This document shows positions 61,064 to 64,000 of a stretch of DNA of 64,000 nucleotides, piece by piece; position 1 is the stretch's first letter; each line of letters begins with the position of its first letter. The DNA comes from the human T2T-CHM13v2.0 reference genome, Homo sapiens. The stretch lies in the NCBI RefSeq assembly GCF_009914755.1, contig NC_060936.1; one strand, given 5' to 3'. The position numbers and the translations under genes were made by a program. The notes below the pieces were generated by a model, which searched no databases, was not told the DNA's origin, and saw only the letters and a program-made list of their open reading frames with translations.

Positions 61064-61257
61064 CAGTCGGTCCTCTGTATCCGCGGGTTCCTCATCAGTG
61101 GATTCAACCAACTACAGACAGAAAATACAGTATTTGAGGGATGCTGAACTCTTTGAATTAGTGGGTTCTGCGGGTGCTTAAGCATCCATGGATTTTGTTA
61201 TCCTCGGCAAAGGCGGGGGTCCTGAAACCAATCCCCTTGGATACTGAAGGAAAGACC
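61064..61257 (-). mobile_element. MER8/MER2-like Tigger MITE
   Basis: ta|cagtcggtcctctgtatccgcggg...gtcctgaaaccaatcccc.tggatac. Confidence 0.75.
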
Positions 61258-61893
61258 ACCCTTAGTGATAGGAACCTAGGAACCCAAGTTCCCTCATTTC
61301 CAAATCGTGTTCCCTGACCCACTTATTTACTAACTAGTGGTGAAGCCATCTTCCTGCCAGTATATTTTAACTTCACAATGGGATGTGAGGGCCAGGATGC
61401 ACATGCTTTTTAAATCTCCCTCTGTGCTTGACATACAGTAGATTGAAAGTAAGTGCTGGTAGATACACTGGCCAAGCTGTGCTCTTCTCTGAAGTCAGTA
61501 TTCCAGGAGTAACTCACCCTGGTCATCTCTGTGCCCTGGGCACACTGGGCACTCCCCACACACAGGTTGAACCTGGCAAATAAGACTCACAGCATCATGC
61601 CACGTGCGAGTTAAAGCCACCTGGAGGTCAGGTCAGGTCTTCCTGACAACTGAGTGCTTCAAATAACACAACAGCAGCTAAGTTCCCCACATCACCTTGA
61701 GTGTCTGGAGAGCTAGGCCTATGACTTCTCTGTCTCAGGATCCCTCTCAGTGCCCAGAAAACAGTGGACATCAATAAATGTAACACCAATAACATCTTCG
61801 TTGAGCGCTATGCTAAGCACATCAGGTATGTTAACTCATTTATTCCCCAGTGTCCATCTCTCAGTGTTTTATACATACGGGAACTGAGGCTCA

Positions 61894-62063
61894 ATTAGCC
61901 GAGCGTGGTGTCGTGCTCCTGTAATCCCAGCTATTGGGAGGCACAAGAATCACTCGAACCCAGGAGATGGAGGTTGCAGTGAGCCGAGATTGTGCCACAG
62001 CACTGCAACAGAGTAAGACTCCGTCTTAAAAAAACAAAAAAACAGAAAACAAAACAAACAAAC
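61894..62063 (+). mobile_element. Alu right monomer inserted in a MIR
   Basis: TSD actgaggctca. Confidence 0.85.
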
Positions 62064-62486
62064 ACTGAGGCTCAGGGAGGTTAAGTCACCTGCCCAAGTT
62101 CATGAGACCAAGGAGCCGGGAAGCAGGAAGGGGAAGGCAGGAGTGTAACTCTGAAACCTCTGCTCTTAGGCACTGGCTTTCAGCTGAACTGATACCTCTG
62201 GAAAACAGTCTCAAAAAAGTCCACTTCTCCTCCCAACAATTCAGACCTAAAACCATTTGGCAGGGAAGGGCAGGGCAAGCTTCTGAGTTGGGGAGGGGGT
62301 GTGGGATCCCAAGCTGAGGTGTCTGTTGGCAAGCAGGGTGCAAAGGGCATCTGTGCAGGGAGGGGGCTGCAAGGGAGACAGAGACTGCTCACAGGCAAGG
62401 AATGAAATATTAAACATTAATGTTAATATTAATATTTATAATTAATATATTTATGATATATAGCATATATACATATTATATTAATT

Positions 62487-62750
62487 AATTATAACTATAT
62501 TAATATAATTAATTATAACTATATTAATATAATCAATTATAACTATATTAATATAATCGATTATAACTATATTAATATAATCGATTATAACTATATTAAT
62601 ATAATCGATTATAACTATATTAATATAATCGATTATATTAATATTAATATAATCGATTATATTAATATTAATATAATCGATTATATTAATATTAATATAA
62701 TCGATTATATTAATATTAATATAATCGATTATATTAATATTAATATAATC
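62487..62750. repeat. AT-rich 24-bp VNTR, 11 units, within an AT-rich tract (~62405-62830)
   Basis: 6 x (a/g)attataactatattaatataat(t/c) then 5 x gattatattaatattaatataatc. Confidence 0.95.
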
Positions 62751-62899
62751 AATATTAACAAATATATACTATATAATATAAATAATACCTAAGTTTATAT
62801 AATATGCATAATGTTAATATTTATTAATATTTCAGGGACAATGGGAGTCATGAATATGGAGAGACAAAACTAGAATGAACCCCAAGGTGCTGCATCAGA

Positions 62900-63645
62900 A
62901 TTGAAGGTACCAGTCTGAACTCATAGTTTTCAACCTATTGAAATAAATATAGATGCACGTGTGTGTGTATGCACGTACATACAAATGTTCCCTAATTCTG
63001 CCCATTGAGAGGCCTGTGGTTAGCAACACCCCAACAGCAATAAGCAGACCTAGCTTGGCTCCTAAATTTCATTTTCCACTAAAAGGAACCAGAGCCCCTT
63101 GGATAAAGGACTGATTCCACAGGTGGGTAGGGAGCATCTGTTGCCAGAAAGCAAGAAAGCACTTAAAGAATGATGTGGACATGTCAAAGGGACACAGAAG
63201 CCAGCCTGGATGAGATCCCACTGGCCCTAACTGTCCACAAGGACAATTTGAGCAAGGATGTCAACAATTTAAGAGCAGATTATAAACCACTGAATAAAAC
63301 AGAAAAATACAAAGAATTGAAACGGACATTGATGGCAGACAGGATATTAACATAATTTTAAAGTATCTCTCCAAGGAATGCTTCTGAATGATGAAGGGGA
63401 AAAGAATAACTGTACAGTGGAAAAGCCTGGTAAAACCCACCTTAGTGACCAAAGTGAATGTCACCATAGTGGGACAAAAGGAAATCAAGTGCCACCTTAT
63501 GGGATTCAACGAGGACGCAGCATCCCTTGGGTGATGTTCCAGCCAAATACACGTGCCCGGTGGAATCACACAAGAACATCAGACACACTCACACTGAGGG
63601 ACACTCTGCAAACTGACAGTACTGGGCACAAACATGTCCAGGTCA
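62900..63645 (+). mobile_element. L1MC/L1MD-like 3' UTR fragment
   Basis: ttccactaaaaggaaccagagc...tgccagaaagcaagaaagc...acagtggaaaagcctgg motifs. Confidence 0.6.
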
Positions 63646-63646
63646 T

Positions 63647-64000
<354 letters not shown>

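Noticed and set aside
62487-62750. CRISPR-like appearance of palindromic 24-bp repeats
   Set aside because: No spacers, eukaryotic context; it is a minisatellite

Overview
Human (primate) genomic DNA: Alu-rich, with spliceosomal GT-AG introns. The window holds most of SSH1 (Slingshot protein phosphatase 1, the cofilin-activating dual-specificity phosphatase) on the minus strand. Thirteen coding exons (canonical exons 3-15, 49964 down to the stop at 14606) were placed from splice signals with [16 protein letters not shown]; canonical exons 1-2 lie beyond the right edge. Also present are an in-phase alternative first coding exon (54008-53866), a short-isoform C-terminus from read-through of the exon 14 donor into an Alu fragment, and a long 3' UTR with poly(A) signals at about 9330 and 4830. 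The rest is transposon-derived (about 45 Alus, solo LTRs, L1/L2/MIR, MER DNA transposons) plus simple repeats. I see no convincing new multi-gene system. Most notable unexplained structures: (1) an ERV copy with R-U5-PBS...U3-R-polyA architecture and a target-site duplication, i.e. an L1-retroposed ERV mRNA; (2) an unrecognised ~190-bp element duplicated in introns 2 and 3, each copy with a 73-nt AG/GT-bounded poison-exon-like unit; (3) a poly(A) choice that includes or excludes an inverted-Alu cluster; (4) a 24-bp VNTR ending in a perfect 120-bp AT-rich palindrome; (5) two Alu-to-Alu templated copying scars. Repeat family names are from recognition only and repeat boundaries are approximate.
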